Shown: positions 20,356-29,032, numbered from the stretch's first letter. The stretch: 64,000 bases of DNA from Candidatus Saccharimonadales bacterium (GCA_041600755.1 JBFIJL010000002.1:80850-144849); one strand, 5' to 3'. The notes: generated from the letters alone by a model not told the origin. Numbers and translations are program-made.

Positions 20356-22187
20356 TGGCTAACCTCTTTCGGGACAACGCATATAACGTGTTAGGTTTAG
20401 ATATATCTGTTGCACAGAAAGAGATAAATAAGCGTTCTAAAGAAATTGTTAATTTACTTCGTATTGATGAGGAATCTACGTATGAAATAGATATTTCTGT
20501 TGCAAAGCCAAAGCGTACAGAATCTACTGTAAAAGAAGCAGTCCAGAAACTAAGTTCACCTACTAAAAAGATTCAGGAGTACTTCTTCTGGTTTGATATT
20601 GAAAGTGATACAGACGAGAAAGCTTTGAAGCTACTTCAATCTGGAAGTATAGATGAAGCAATTCAACTTTGGGAAAAAGATTCTGGCAAAGAAACAGCAA
20701 CAGGGTTTGTAGCAAAAAAGAATCTTGCCATACTTTTTTCTGTTTTGCTTGTAGATAAAGGTCAAAAGAAATATCTTACTCAGTCAATATCTTGCTGGAA
20801 AGATTTAGTAATGTCAGAGAAGTTCTGGTCATATTTTGAAAAGATATATGCGCTTAATGACGAAGTAGGCACCAGTAGTTCTGCCATTAAAGATTTTGAG
20901 TCCAAAGTTACAGATGTATTATCGGACTTCTATACAGATATTAGCCAGACTAAGGGCGATAATAGTTTCTACTCTCTTTTCGCACAAGTATTCGACGTAA
21001 AGGGTCTGAAAATGCAGCGTGATGTATTGTCACCAATCTATGAAGCAATAAATGACACCTCTGAAAAACTTAGGAATCTTAATATAAGTGAAGACAACAT
21101 AGTCAGTCCAGAGGAAATCACTGAATTAAAACGACTCACAAAACTATTACAGACTAATTTTGACAAGTTAAAAGAACTTGGACTCTTCTCCGATAGTCAA
21201 TCAAAGACAATGAGAGATAAAGCAGCAGAAGCACTTAGAGCTGTAGCTTTGGACTTGCATAACAACTTGGGTGAGTCAGAAAAGCCAGTTGCCCTGTTTA
21301 ACATCGCTAGTAAGATTGCAGGTACGACCGCCACTATAAATAAAATAAACAAAGATATTGAAACCCTTCGTCAGAACAGGTCCGATGAAAAGATAATTAA
21401 ACCAATCAACGACTTACTTGAAGATGAGAAGTTCACAGACGCATTAGATTTGATTGAAAAGCGAATGGAGTCCCACAAGTCTAATAAGGAATTAATGGAT
21501 TTCCTGACCGCACGTTTGAAATGGGCTATTACTGGCATTGCAGCTAAAGACTATAAAGAAACAATGCAACAATTTACTAGTGGTCATTTTGCAAAAGCAG
21601 AACAAAACTTTAGCGGCCTAAGAGAGTTTTTATTAAGCTATATTCACTACTTTAACTTCAACCAGGAAGCAATAAACGAAGTCCTTGCAGAGATTGACCA
21701 GTTGACGGGCGACCCAAAAGCGTTAAACATTGATAATGTACAAAACTACAGGAATAAATTACTTGAGGGTACGGAAGAAACTTTCAAAGACTCTTTTGAG
21801 TCCTCATTAATTGTTTTCTTAGTTGATTGTGGGATTTACGGAAATATGGCTGCACACCTCCCAGCAATTAAACGCAAAAATACTATAAAGAAATGGCTTT
21901 GGTATATCGTTATAGGAATTATCTTGCTTGTAATTTTCGGTAGTAGCAGCGATTCAAGCGATACAAACTCAACTTCTGGCAGCAGTTCAAGTTCTAGTAG
22001 CTCAGCTTGGCAAATATGTTCCGATGAATACGATAGACTAAAGAATGAACTGGATAGTGTTGAAGCTTCTATGAGGCGGTATGAGTCGTTTGATGACGCA
22101 GATGGTTATAATGCCCTAGTTCCACGTCAAAATAGTCTCGTGCAGCTGGTGAATAACAAAGCGACAGAATGTAATGGATTAAGATAA
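20355..22187 (+). CDS. J-domain-like protein lacking HPD, with a C-terminal TM, Ser-rich linker and short extracytoplasmic Cys-containing tail
   Basis: N-terminus NAYNVLGLDISVAQKEINKRSKEIVNLL resembles J-domain helices I-II, but no HPD follows. TM is WLWYIVIGIILLVIFG, followed by SSSDSSDTNSTSGSSSSSSSS. The start overlaps the Hsp70 stop (TAATG). Confidence 0.6.
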   Translation: MANLFRDNAYNVLGLDISVAQKEINKRSKEIVNLLRIDEESTYEIDISVAKPKRTESTVKEAVQKLSSPTKKIQEYFFWFDIESDTDEKALKLLQSGSIDEAIQLWEKDSGKETATGFVAKKNLAILFSVLLVDKGQKKYLTQSISCWKDLVMSEKFWSYFEKIYALNDEVGTSSSAIKDFESKVTDVLSDFYTDISQTKGDNSFYSLFAQVFDVKGLKMQRDVLSPIYEAINDTSEKLRNLNISEDNIVSPEEITELKRLTKLLQTNFDKLKELGLFSDSQSKTMRDKAAEALRAVALDLHNNLGESEKPVALFNIASKIAGTTATINKINKDIETLRQNRSDEKIIKPINDLLEDEKFTDALDLIEKRMESHKSNKELMDFLTARLKWAITGIAAKDYKETMQQFTSGHFAKAEQNFSGLREFLLSYIHYFNFNQEAINEVLAEIDQLTGDPKALNIDNVQNYRNKLLEGTEETFKDSFESSLIVFLVDCGIYGNMAAHLPAIKRKNTIKKWLWYIVIGIILLVIFGSSSDSSDTNSTSGSSSSSSSSAWQICSDEYDRLKNELDSVEASMRRYESFDDADGYNALVPRQNSLVQLVNNKATECNGLR

Positions 22188-23257
22188 TGGCAACTCCAAG
22201 CAAACCAATACTTTATAACGGCTATGAAGTCAGCAAGGGCGTAACCATAGTAAACAGAATTGAAAAGATTTTCTTCACTGAGATTTACCGATTAAGTGAT
22301 GACAACTTTTTATATCTGTTTATCAACCTGAAAACTAGTGATGTTCGTGGTGCTAAAGACAGATTAATGAAAATCACTCATCAGGGTACTGAGTATCTTG
22401 GTATTTTAACTACTCAACACTCACAAGAACACGTTACCGAAATTATTGATGGTCTGACTCAATTAAGAGGTTTTGCTTCGGTAGCAGGCATGTCAGAGCT
22501 GAAACATTTGCTGATAAATGATGTCATACAACCCTTACAAAACCCAGAGAAATATGAGAAGTTTAAGTTATCTGTCCCTAATGGAATCCTGCTGTATGGT
22601 CCACCAGGGTGCGGTAAAACTTTTATTGTTCGCAAGCTAGCAGAGGAGCTTGGTTACAACTTTGTTGAAGTAAAACATTCGGACATTGCTTCTTCTTACA
22701 TTCACGGCACAGTTGCAAAGGTAGGAAGGCTGTTTGAAATGGCTAAGCTCAAAGCACCGTCAATTATTTTTATAGATGAAATTGAAGGCCTGATTCCCAA
22801 GCGTGAATCTATGGGTTCAGAGTCGCAACATAAGCAAGAAGAAATCAATGAGTTTCTTATGCAGCTTAATGACGCTGGCAAGAATAAGGTACTGGTTGTT
22901 GCAGCGACAAATAGACCGCATTTAATTGATACTGCTCTATTGAGGGCTGGACGAATGGACAAACGAATAATGGTATCGCCACCAGATTTAGAAGCGAGAG
23001 AAGAACTATTTAAGTTATTTTTATCAGAACGTCCTACCAAAGATATTGATTACAAACAACTGGCTAAACTGACAGAATACTTTGTTAGCGCAGATATAGA
23101 ACTAATTGTTACAGAATCAGCTAGGGGAGCTGTTTTCCAAGATTTAGAGTATATTACGCAAGAAGTTGTAGAAGCTACTATCAAATCAACTACCCCTTCA
23201 ATTCTAGAAGATGAAATTGAATACTACAAACAGTTTGCAAGTATGGAAAGAATCTAA
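22187..23257 (+). CDS. Classical-clade AAA+ ATPase (single AAA domain, Cdc48/FtsH-like) with a unique N-terminal domain
   Basis: Walker A GPPGCGKT, Walker B IIFIDEIE, and second region of homology ATNRPHLIDTALLRAGRMDKRI. TAATG overlap with the upstream gene. Confidence 0.9.
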   Translation: MATPSKPILYNGYEVSKGVTIVNRIEKIFFTEIYRLSDDNFLYLFINLKTSDVRGAKDRLMKITHQGTEYLGILTTQHSQEHVTEIIDGLTQLRGFASVAGMSELKHLLINDVIQPLQNPEKYEKFKLSVPNGILLYGPPGCGKTFIVRKLAEELGYNFVEVKHSDIASSYIHGTVAKVGRLFEMAKLKAPSIIFIDEIEGLIPKRESMGSESQHKQEEINEFLMQLNDAGKNKVLVVAATNRPHLIDTALLRAGRMDKRIMVSPPDLEAREELFKLFLSERPTKDIDYKQLAKLTEYFVSADIELIVTESARGAVFQDLEYITQEVVEATIKSTTPSILEDEIEYYKQFASMERI

Positions 23258-23916
23258 TGCAAGCGTGGAATAACTTTGAGTATAAGAGTTCTGTGCCTTT
23301 TTTTCGCTGGAATTACCCAGAAGACAAAAAGACTAACTTAGATAGCCTTTTCAAACGCAGGAGTTTACTTCCTGAACTATTCTTAGGACTTATACTCTTT
23401 GCTTCTTTTAATAGTTGGTCTGATACATCACAGAGCTTCGGTAATTTACTCATTTACGTATTGTGGGTACTAATAGCACTAGCTTTGTTTACGCTAGCAA
23501 TAGTAAATGGAAAGTCTTTGCTATTGCCAGATGTAATTACTCGTCCTTTAACACTTCTAATAACAGTTTTTCAGTTACTTGTAGCTATACAAACAGACAA
23601 TGCAGGGCATTTAGGTTCTGTCTTACTTGGAGGATTAATTGTAGGTGGTGTCCCATACATGCTATTTCAGATTTCTCAAGGTAAATGGATTGGTGGTGGG
23701 GATGTGAAGCTAGGTTTTGCTGCTGGATTATTGCTCGGCTGGAAAATTGGTTTATTGTGCCTAGGTATAGTATTTGCATTAACGCTGCTATCAATTTTAT
23801 TTGAAGTCGTAAGCAGCAAAGCTTCAAAAACTGAGTCACCATTTCGCATTGGAACTGGAACAATATGGGTTCTCTCTATTTTTCTAGCGTTATTTATTGG
23901 TCAGCAGATAATCTAG
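23257..23916 (+). CDS. A24-family (prepilin peptidase-like) membrane aspartyl protease, no methyltransferase domain
   Basis: Polytopic, with both catalytic-Asp motifs: LLLPDVITRPL and GGGDVKLGFAAGLLLG. TAATG overlap with the AAA+ gene. Confidence 0.7.
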   Translation: MQAWNNFEYKSSVPFFRWNYPEDKKTNLDSLFKRRSLLPELFLGLILFASFNSWSDTSQSFGNLLIYVLWVLIALALFTLAIVNGKSLLLPDVITRPLTLLITVFQLLVAIQTDNAGHLGSVLLGGLIVGGVPYMLFQISQGKWIGGGDVKLGFAAGLLLGWKIGLLCLGIVFALTLLSILFEVVSSKASKTESPFRIGTGTIWVLSIFLALFIGQQII

Positions 23917-24006
23917 CTAGACAACCGCCACTTAAAGTATGCGATATATCTGCATTGAGAAAATTACATTATTCGTACTATACTTTAATAAAATGAGTGA
24001 CAGTAT

Positions 24007-24867
24007 ATGAAAGAGACTTTATTCGGCATATTTATAATCGTTTGGTTGGCGATTATTGTTCTATGGGTTATAGCCTTGATAAAACCCAAAGCGAAAGTAT
24101 TTAATACGCTACAGTCAAGATTTAATGGGCGTAAAGGATTATCAAAACTCTTTGCGCCTTTATTTATTATCTCGTTTATATTTCTAGCCGTGTTTTCACC
24201 TCCTTTAGCTGTTGAGCTCAAAGGACTTAATCTGGAAGCTGACCAAGAAGTTATCACCGAGCAATTTACTATAGAAGGAGAGGTTTCTGGTAGCTTTAAG
24301 ACGTTTTTAGTTAATAATGAAGCAATTACTTTAGAAAAAGGTAGGTTTTCAAAGACTCTTAATTTAAAGCCAGGCGATAATAAGGTTAAAATCTTGCTAA
24401 CCTATGTTGACGAGGAAGACAAAGAAGTTGAAGCATTTAATAAGACGCACAACATATACTTTGATTACGAGGGAATGCTATATGCTCGTGAACTAGAAAA
24501 GGACAAGCAAGCAGAAGATGAGTTAAAACGAAAGCTTGCTGAAATACCAAGGTATGAAACTGTACGTAAGACAGATATAGAAAACGGCTTCTCTGCAATT
24601 ATATATGTTGAAGGCAATATGGAAGACTATCAGATAACTAATATTGCTAAAGATATTGAAAATAATAATTCTGACACGAAGAACATCTCGGTGCTTATGT
24701 TTAGTAAGACACAAAAAACAGAGGTTGAGGCTGTGCTTGAAAATAGTACCCCTTCTGAACTCATTACATATATCCGAGCAAATTATGAGAAACGTGACAG
24801 TAATAAGCAGCTATTTTGGTTCCCTAAGGGCGCAGAGGACGAGAAGCTTGCATTGGAGATACAATGA
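24007..24867 (+). CDS. Hypothetical membrane-anchored protein
   Basis: N-terminal TMs, then a 200-aa Lys/Glu-rich region. No recognisable motif. Confidence 0.55.
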   Translation: MKETLFGIFIIVWLAIIVLWVIALIKPKAKVFNTLQSRFNGRKGLSKLFAPLFIISFIFLAVFSPPLAVELKGLNLEADQEVITEQFTIEGEVSGSFKTFLVNNEAITLEKGRFSKTLNLKPGDNKVKILLTYVDEEDKEVEAFNKTHNIYFDYEGMLYARELEKDKQAEDELKRKLAEIPRYETVRKTDIENGFSAIIYVEGNMEDYQITNIAKDIENNNSDTKNISVLMFSKTQKTEVEAVLENSTPSELITYIRANYEKRDSNKQLFWFPKGAEDEKLALEIQ

Positions 24868-25700
24868 TTAAAAAACTCAAATACATAGCGTTATTACTTA
24901 TATTATTAACAGTTCCTCAACAAGTTCTGGCTCACCCAGGAAGAACAGATTCCAGTGGCGGACATAACTGTCGCACTGGTCCATGTGCTGGAACATACCA
25001 CTATCATAATGGGGGCGGTTCAACAGCACCTTCGTCACCCGCACCCACGCCAGCCCCTACACCCGCACCCACGCCAGCCCCACAGCCAGTGACTCAACCA
25101 AAACCAAAGAAAACAATTGAGACTATAAGTGGCTTAGTTTCGGTAAGTGCAGCGAATACGCTCTGGGTTGATTTAATTCTTGAGGAAGTATCTAGAAGCA
25201 AAACCGCAACAAACTATACGACAGTTAATCCAGTCACCACAGCCACGAGTAGAATCACTGGTGCAACTCAAGAACCGAAAGTTAATGGAGACCAGAAGTT
25301 TTATTACGTGAGTGAAGTGACGGACGGTGATACGATAAAAGTAGTTGTTGACGGCAGAATTGAAAAGGTTAGGCTGCTTGGTATAGATACACCAGAAACA
25401 AAAGACCCCCGTAAGCCAGTGCAGTGCTTTGGCATGGAAGCTAGTAAGTACGCAGCTACGTTGATGCTCAATAAATATGTACGTTTAGAGCTTGATAAAT
25501 CTCAAGGGGACAGAGACAGGTACAACAGACTGCTTAGGTATGTATATCTTGAGAACGGTGCGGAGGTTAATGCCGAGCTTGTAAAGCAGGGTTATGCACT
25601 AGCATATCTTCGTTATCCAGTTGCACAAACTGAAACTTACAAACAACTACAATCAAAAGCAGAAAGTCAGAGTCTTGGGCTATGGAGTGCTTGCAGATGA
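24864..25700 (+). CDS. Secreted YHYH-domain / Pro-Thr linker / thermonuclease (SNase) fusion
   Basis: Signal peptide ...QQVLAHPGRTDSSGGHNCRTGPCAGTYHYHNGG (YHYH motif), (PAPT)n linker, then DGDTIKV...VRLLGIDTPETKDPRKPVQCFG...RDRYNRLLRYVYL...GLW. Confidence 0.85.
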   Translation: MIKKLKYIALLLILLTVPQQVLAHPGRTDSSGGHNCRTGPCAGTYHYHNGGGSTAPSSPAPTPAPTPAPTPAPQPVTQPKPKKTIETISGLVSVSAANTLWVDLILEEVSRSKTATNYTTVNPVTTATSRITGATQEPKVNGDQKFYYVSEVTDGDTIKVVVDGRIEKVRLLGIDTPETKDPRKPVQCFGMEASKYAATLMLNKYVRLELDKSQGDRDRYNRLLRYVYLENGAEVNAELVKQGYALAYLRYPVAQTETYKQLQSKAESQSLGLWSACR

Positions 25701-25740
25701 TAAGAATAGTACTTCTATTAAAATCACTAAGGCTTGATGT

Positions 25741-26367
25741 ATGATTTGGATAATTTTAGCCGCACTGATTTTGATATGCTTTGTTATTTATAGATTTACT
25801 AAACGGCTAATGATAGACATACGAGCAGGAAAAGCTAAGCAAAAAGGTTTATTTAGTAAAAGAGAATGGAGAGCAATACCTTTCCAAACTAGTGGTTCTC
25901 ACGGGGTCCCTATGCGCATGGCATTCAGTGAAATTGCTACTAAAAGTGCTTACCAAGGTAATTTCAAAGTTACGTTCAGTCGTTTTATAGATACTGCGAT
26001 GATTGCTGACGATAAATTGAACGCAGATGAAGTAAGACATCTAATAGAAACTCTATACGACGACCTGTCAGCCATACAATTCCTCGGAGATTCGCACACT
26101 ATGACTAGAGAATATGGTATGGTGCAAGCTGCAACACTTTATGCGCTTATTTGTACTCAAGACAAAGGTGCGAATATAAAGCGTCGTTTAATGGTGAGCA
26201 AGGATAATCACAGTGAAAACAATATGTATTTACAGCAGAAGACCGATAGAGAATACTTTGAATACATGAATGATAGTTACCCCAATTTCTGTCAAATGGT
26301 TAGCATACTTGAGCCACGCAAGGCTAATTTGATAGAAGTAGTTGCTGGATACTTATTAACTGATTAA
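25741..26367 (+). CDS. Hypothetical protein with an N-terminal TM
   Basis: 208-aa ORF with no recognisable motif. Confidence 0.5.
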   Translation: MIWIILAALILICFVIYRFTKRLMIDIRAGKAKQKGLFSKREWRAIPFQTSGSHGVPMRMAFSEIATKSAYQGNFKVTFSRFIDTAMIADDKLNADEVRHLIETLYDDLSAIQFLGDSHTMTREYGMVQAATLYALICTQDKGANIKRRLMVSKDNHSENNMYLQQKTDREYFEYMNDSYPNFCQMVSILEPRKANLIEVVAGYLLTD

Positions 26368-26642
26368 GTTGATAAAATCTTTATAGGTAACTATTTAGAA
26401 ACACAGGTGTTTTATATTTAGGCACTTTGCCGATGTTCTATTAGAAAGAGCGTTTTAATATCGCAGTTGAAAGCGCAAAACAGAATATACCTATATATAT
26501 TAGTTTTTGCGTTTTTAAATACTATCCCATATAGGTTCAAAGCCTTGTGCGTCAGGTTCAAAATAACGCCTAGCATTATCTACTTCACGGGCTAAGCGTA
26601 CAATAGCGTTGTAATACTTAGTGCGGAACATGTACGGTAGAG

Positions 26643-26815
26643 GGAGCCAAAAGATGAGAGTCAGGTGTTTGCCTGGCTCTTTTCTTTTATCTTCGATGAT
26701 TCGAACCTTGGTCGAAAATAGCCTGTGGCTATTTGAGTTTTCACTGCTTGACCGAACGATAAATTTCATATTTAGAGAGAGCATATTTAGCACGAATCCA
26801 GTCCCCGGAGCCAAG
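26643..26815. repeat. Module M1, copy b (173 bp)
   Basis: See 16627-16799. It also ends in cgaatccagtccccggagcca. Confidence 0.9.
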
Positions 26816-26934
26816 CCGTAAAAGACAAAGTCAGAACTGTGAAAATGGCAGAGATTTTTTGATACCCAGACTAAGATTGAAACTACTAAATTCTTATGCT
26901 TGCATTTCAGTAAAACTAGATAAATAATTTCATT

Positions 26935-27291
26935 ATGCCAGTTTACTATTCTGTTGAAATAACTAAACACGATGACCCAGATGCTGAAGCCAGTTTTTTA
27001 ATTCGTCCACCAATAAGCTTTCTCAGCCCGAAGACTAAGGGAGAGCTGGTGGATACACTTCGAAGTCTTATTAGGAACCGATTGGGCGATAATGAGGACG
27101 ATGATTTACGGCTCGCAATTACCCATAATCTTGCAGATGACTCAGCAACAGTTGGACGTGCACATTTTCGTGGGCTTCAACTTGCTACTGGAGTAGTGGT
27201 TCTGCAACAGGCCTTAGAGCTTGGACTAAATGGCACCAATGCGTTTGTTAGTCCAACTAGCCCCATGAGAAGCAAGTCAGCATTTGATTAG
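26935..27291 (+). CDS. Hypothetical 118-aa protein (cassette between M1b and M2b)
   Basis: ORF with no recognisable motif. It is followed by ...gttgtgagccaaa and a hairpin (gtccgtcc-tgaaaa-gggcgg-ttttt). Confidence 0.45.
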   Translation: MPVYYSVEITKHDDPDAEASFLIRPPISFLSPKTKGELVDTLRSLIRNRLGDNEDDDLRLAITHNLADDSATVGRAHFRGLQLATGVVVLQQALELGLNGTNAFVSPTSPMRSKSAFD

Positions 27292-27437
27292 GCACACTCC
27301 AAGTCAGCCTTAATTATAGTTATAACTTCCTCATTGTTGTGAGCCAAATAAAGTCCGTCCTGAAAAGGGCGGTTTTTATTTGGCTTTGTGAATTGAGCTG
27401 GATTCAAGCGACTTGCCAACCCGTTGGCGATAGTCGT

Positions 27438-27513
27438 GCCAGTTTAATAATCCACCGAAGCCTATGTCTTCAAACGGGCGGATTATACCCGAGTAATCCA
27501 GTTTTCGGAGCCA
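27438..27513. repeat. Module M2, copy b (76 bp, more degenerate)
   Basis: gccagttt.ataatccaccgaagcctatgtcttcaaacgggcggattata...taatccagttttcggagcca. Confidence 0.85.
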
Positions 27514-27586
27514 AGCCTAAGAACATAACCAACAGGGAAAGGACGCAATTATTTTATTGAGAGGTAGTAAACACTTAACTCGTTGA

Positions 27587-28318
27587 CTATTTATCGTACC
27601 CGGCACCGATCTTAGGTTTTTGAATATAGCTTTTTACCTTTGATGGATCAACTAATAAATCGTTAGTAAGAATTTCAACATAGTTTTTTACAAAACCTGG
27701 AGTGCCAGAAATAGCTATCTCTGAGTCCCCTGAAACAACATTTTCAAGTTGCTTTGATTTAATTTTATTTGGAGAGACTACTTCTTCGAGGCTTACATTC
27801 TCTAATTCTTTGGTCATTTTTTCTATTTCTTTACCAAAGATAAAATCCTCATCTTTGTTGGCATAGAATATCGATATGTTTGTACCTCGCCTATCCTCAT
27901 ATTCATCCTTAAGTATTGAGTAGAGTGGGGCCACCCCAATGCCCCCTACGATAAAGACCTGGTGTTTATCGTAGTCTTGTATCTTGAAATTATCCATCAT
28001 GAATGACGGGCCAATTGCCTTTATTTTGTCTCCTGCATTTAATTTGAATAATGCTTTCTTAAACGAACTAGAATGTTCGCCAAAATACCTGGTTGAAAAT
28101 GCTAGGTTCTCTTCATGTGGAGCAGATGTAATTGAAAAGACTCTTATGCCTCCTCTTTTATCTTTACTTTTGTGCTTTAAGCTAAATATAAAGTGCTGTC
28201 CCGCTTGATATTCTTGTCTTGGCTTTGTAAACCTAAAGGTATAAACGTTTTGCGCTTCTTGTTTTTTATCAATAAATTCAATCGTGTCGGATTTTAAACC
28301 TTGAATGATATTTTTCAT
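27587..28318 (-). CDS. Ferredoxin-NADP reductase-like FAD/NAD(P)-binding oxidoreductase
   Basis: RVFSITSAP (RxYS-type FAD motif) and VGGIGVAPLYSIL (NAD(P) motif). The start is set at internal Met 28318 so the operator-like palindromes stay intergenic. Confidence 0.7.
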   Translation of the reverse strand: MKNIIQGLKSDTIEFIDKKQEAQNVYTFRFTKPRQEYQAGQHFIFSLKHKSKDKRGGIRVFSITSAPHEENLAFSTRYFGEHSSSFKKALFKLNAGDKIKAIGPSFMMDNFKIQDYDKHQVFIVGGIGVAPLYSILKDEYEDRRGTNISIFYANKDEDFIFGKEIEKMTKELENVSLEEVVSPNKIKSKQLENVVSGDSEIAISGTPGFVKNYVEILTNDLLVDPSKVKSYIQKPKIGAGYDK

Positions 28319-28359
28319 ATTTACCCCATGCTTTCTTTTTAGCGAGAATACTATTTCCA

Positions 28360-28401
28360 CTTTACTTAGTAAAGTCTATTGTACGGCTTTACTAAGTAAA
28401 G
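28360..28401. promoter_or_regulatory. Two copies of a 15-bp near-palindrome in the divergent oxidoreductase/HxlR intergenic region
   Basis: CTTTACTTAGTAAAG at 28360-28374 and its reverse complement CTTTACTAAGTAAAG at 28387-28401. Between and beside them are GTCTATTGTAC / GTACAATAGAC. Confidence 0.45.
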
Positions 28402-28413
28402 TACAATAGACTT

Positions 28414-28728
28414 ATGGAAAGTTTGTGTAAAAAAGACACTCCTGAGCACATAAAAGAAGCTCTATTGATACTAGGTGATAAATGGTCAGCTCTTATATTG
28501 AAGCAACTTCACCATAGCCCTCATAGGTATTCTGAAATGGAGGAGAAACTAAGCGGAATAAGTAGCCGAACTCTAGCAAAACGCTTAGATATGCTGATTG
28601 AGAAAGATATTATCCAAAAAAGTACATTCAACAGTGCCAAACATCATGTTTATGAACTAACAAAAAAGGGTAGAGCCATGGATGAAATAATTCATGCAAT
28701 GGCCCAATGGGGAAAGAAGTTTAGCTAG
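28414..28728 (+). CDS. HxlR-family winged-helix transcriptional regulator
   Basis: LILGDKWSALILKQL...RYSEMEEKLSGISSRTLAKRLDMLIEKDII. 104 aa. Confidence 0.85.
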   Translation: MESLCKKDTPEHIKEALLILGDKWSALILKQLHHSPHRYSEMEEKLSGISSRTLAKRLDMLIEKDIIQKSTFNSAKHHVYELTKKGRAMDEIIHAMAQWGKKFS

Positions 28729-28789
28729 CAAGAGTTCTAGGAGTTCGCAGCTATAACTTTCTCTATCGTTGTGAGCCGAAAGAAAGGAG

Positions 28790-28875
28790 TCGAACCAGGT
28801 AGCAAGGAACTATCTGGTTCGATATTTTGAGCGATTACGTCCAGCACTTGCACGTGCGAAAGCTCGCCAAAATAT
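28790..28875. repeat. Module M3, copy b (86 bp)
   Basis: The same TCGAACCAG/CTGGTTCGA stem with a different 15-nt loop, then atattttgag...cttgcacgtgcgaaagctcgccaaaatat. Confidence 0.85.
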
Positions 28876-29032
28876 AGCTTAATAATCCAGCCCCGTCGTG
28901 ACCCTGGAACTTCATCTTCGCAAACAAGTTCCCAAGAGAAGGTTTCCCTGCAAAAGTCCATAGGATTTTCTAACCGCGGAGCAATCATTAGCACCATTAC
29001 CCACAATCAAAACGACTCTGATATGTTAAAAT

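Larger units (their letters stand above)
16800..26642. mobile_element. Putative genomic island (~9.8 kb) at the tRNA-Asn 3' end, bracketed by the 173-bp M1 direct repeats; no recombinase gene present
   Basis: Direct repeats at 16627-16799 and 26643-26815, adjacent to the tRNA. The content is visibly more AT-rich than the flanking core genes (by eye). All eight ORFs are on one strand. Confidence 0.45.

Noticed and set aside
17349-22187. Interpreting the GrpE-like/Hsp70/J-like trio as the housekeeping grpE-dnaK-dnaJ operon
   Set aside because: The Hsp70 is 846 aa with an insert and a coiled-coil tail. The J-like protein lacks HPD, the Gly/Phe region and the zinc finger. Both partners are membrane-anchored and there is no hrcA or CIRCE. 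The genes also sit on a repeat-bracketed AT-rich segment. This needs confirmation by finding the canonical set elsewhere in the genome.
26515-26970. 151-aa minus-strand ORF
   Set aside because: Most of it is a read-through of the M1b repeat and its tRNA-derived end, and it overlaps the start of the plus-strand 118-aa gene. Only its last ~40 codons (26515-26640) lie in unique sequence. Those could be a remnant of something, but I cannot identify it.
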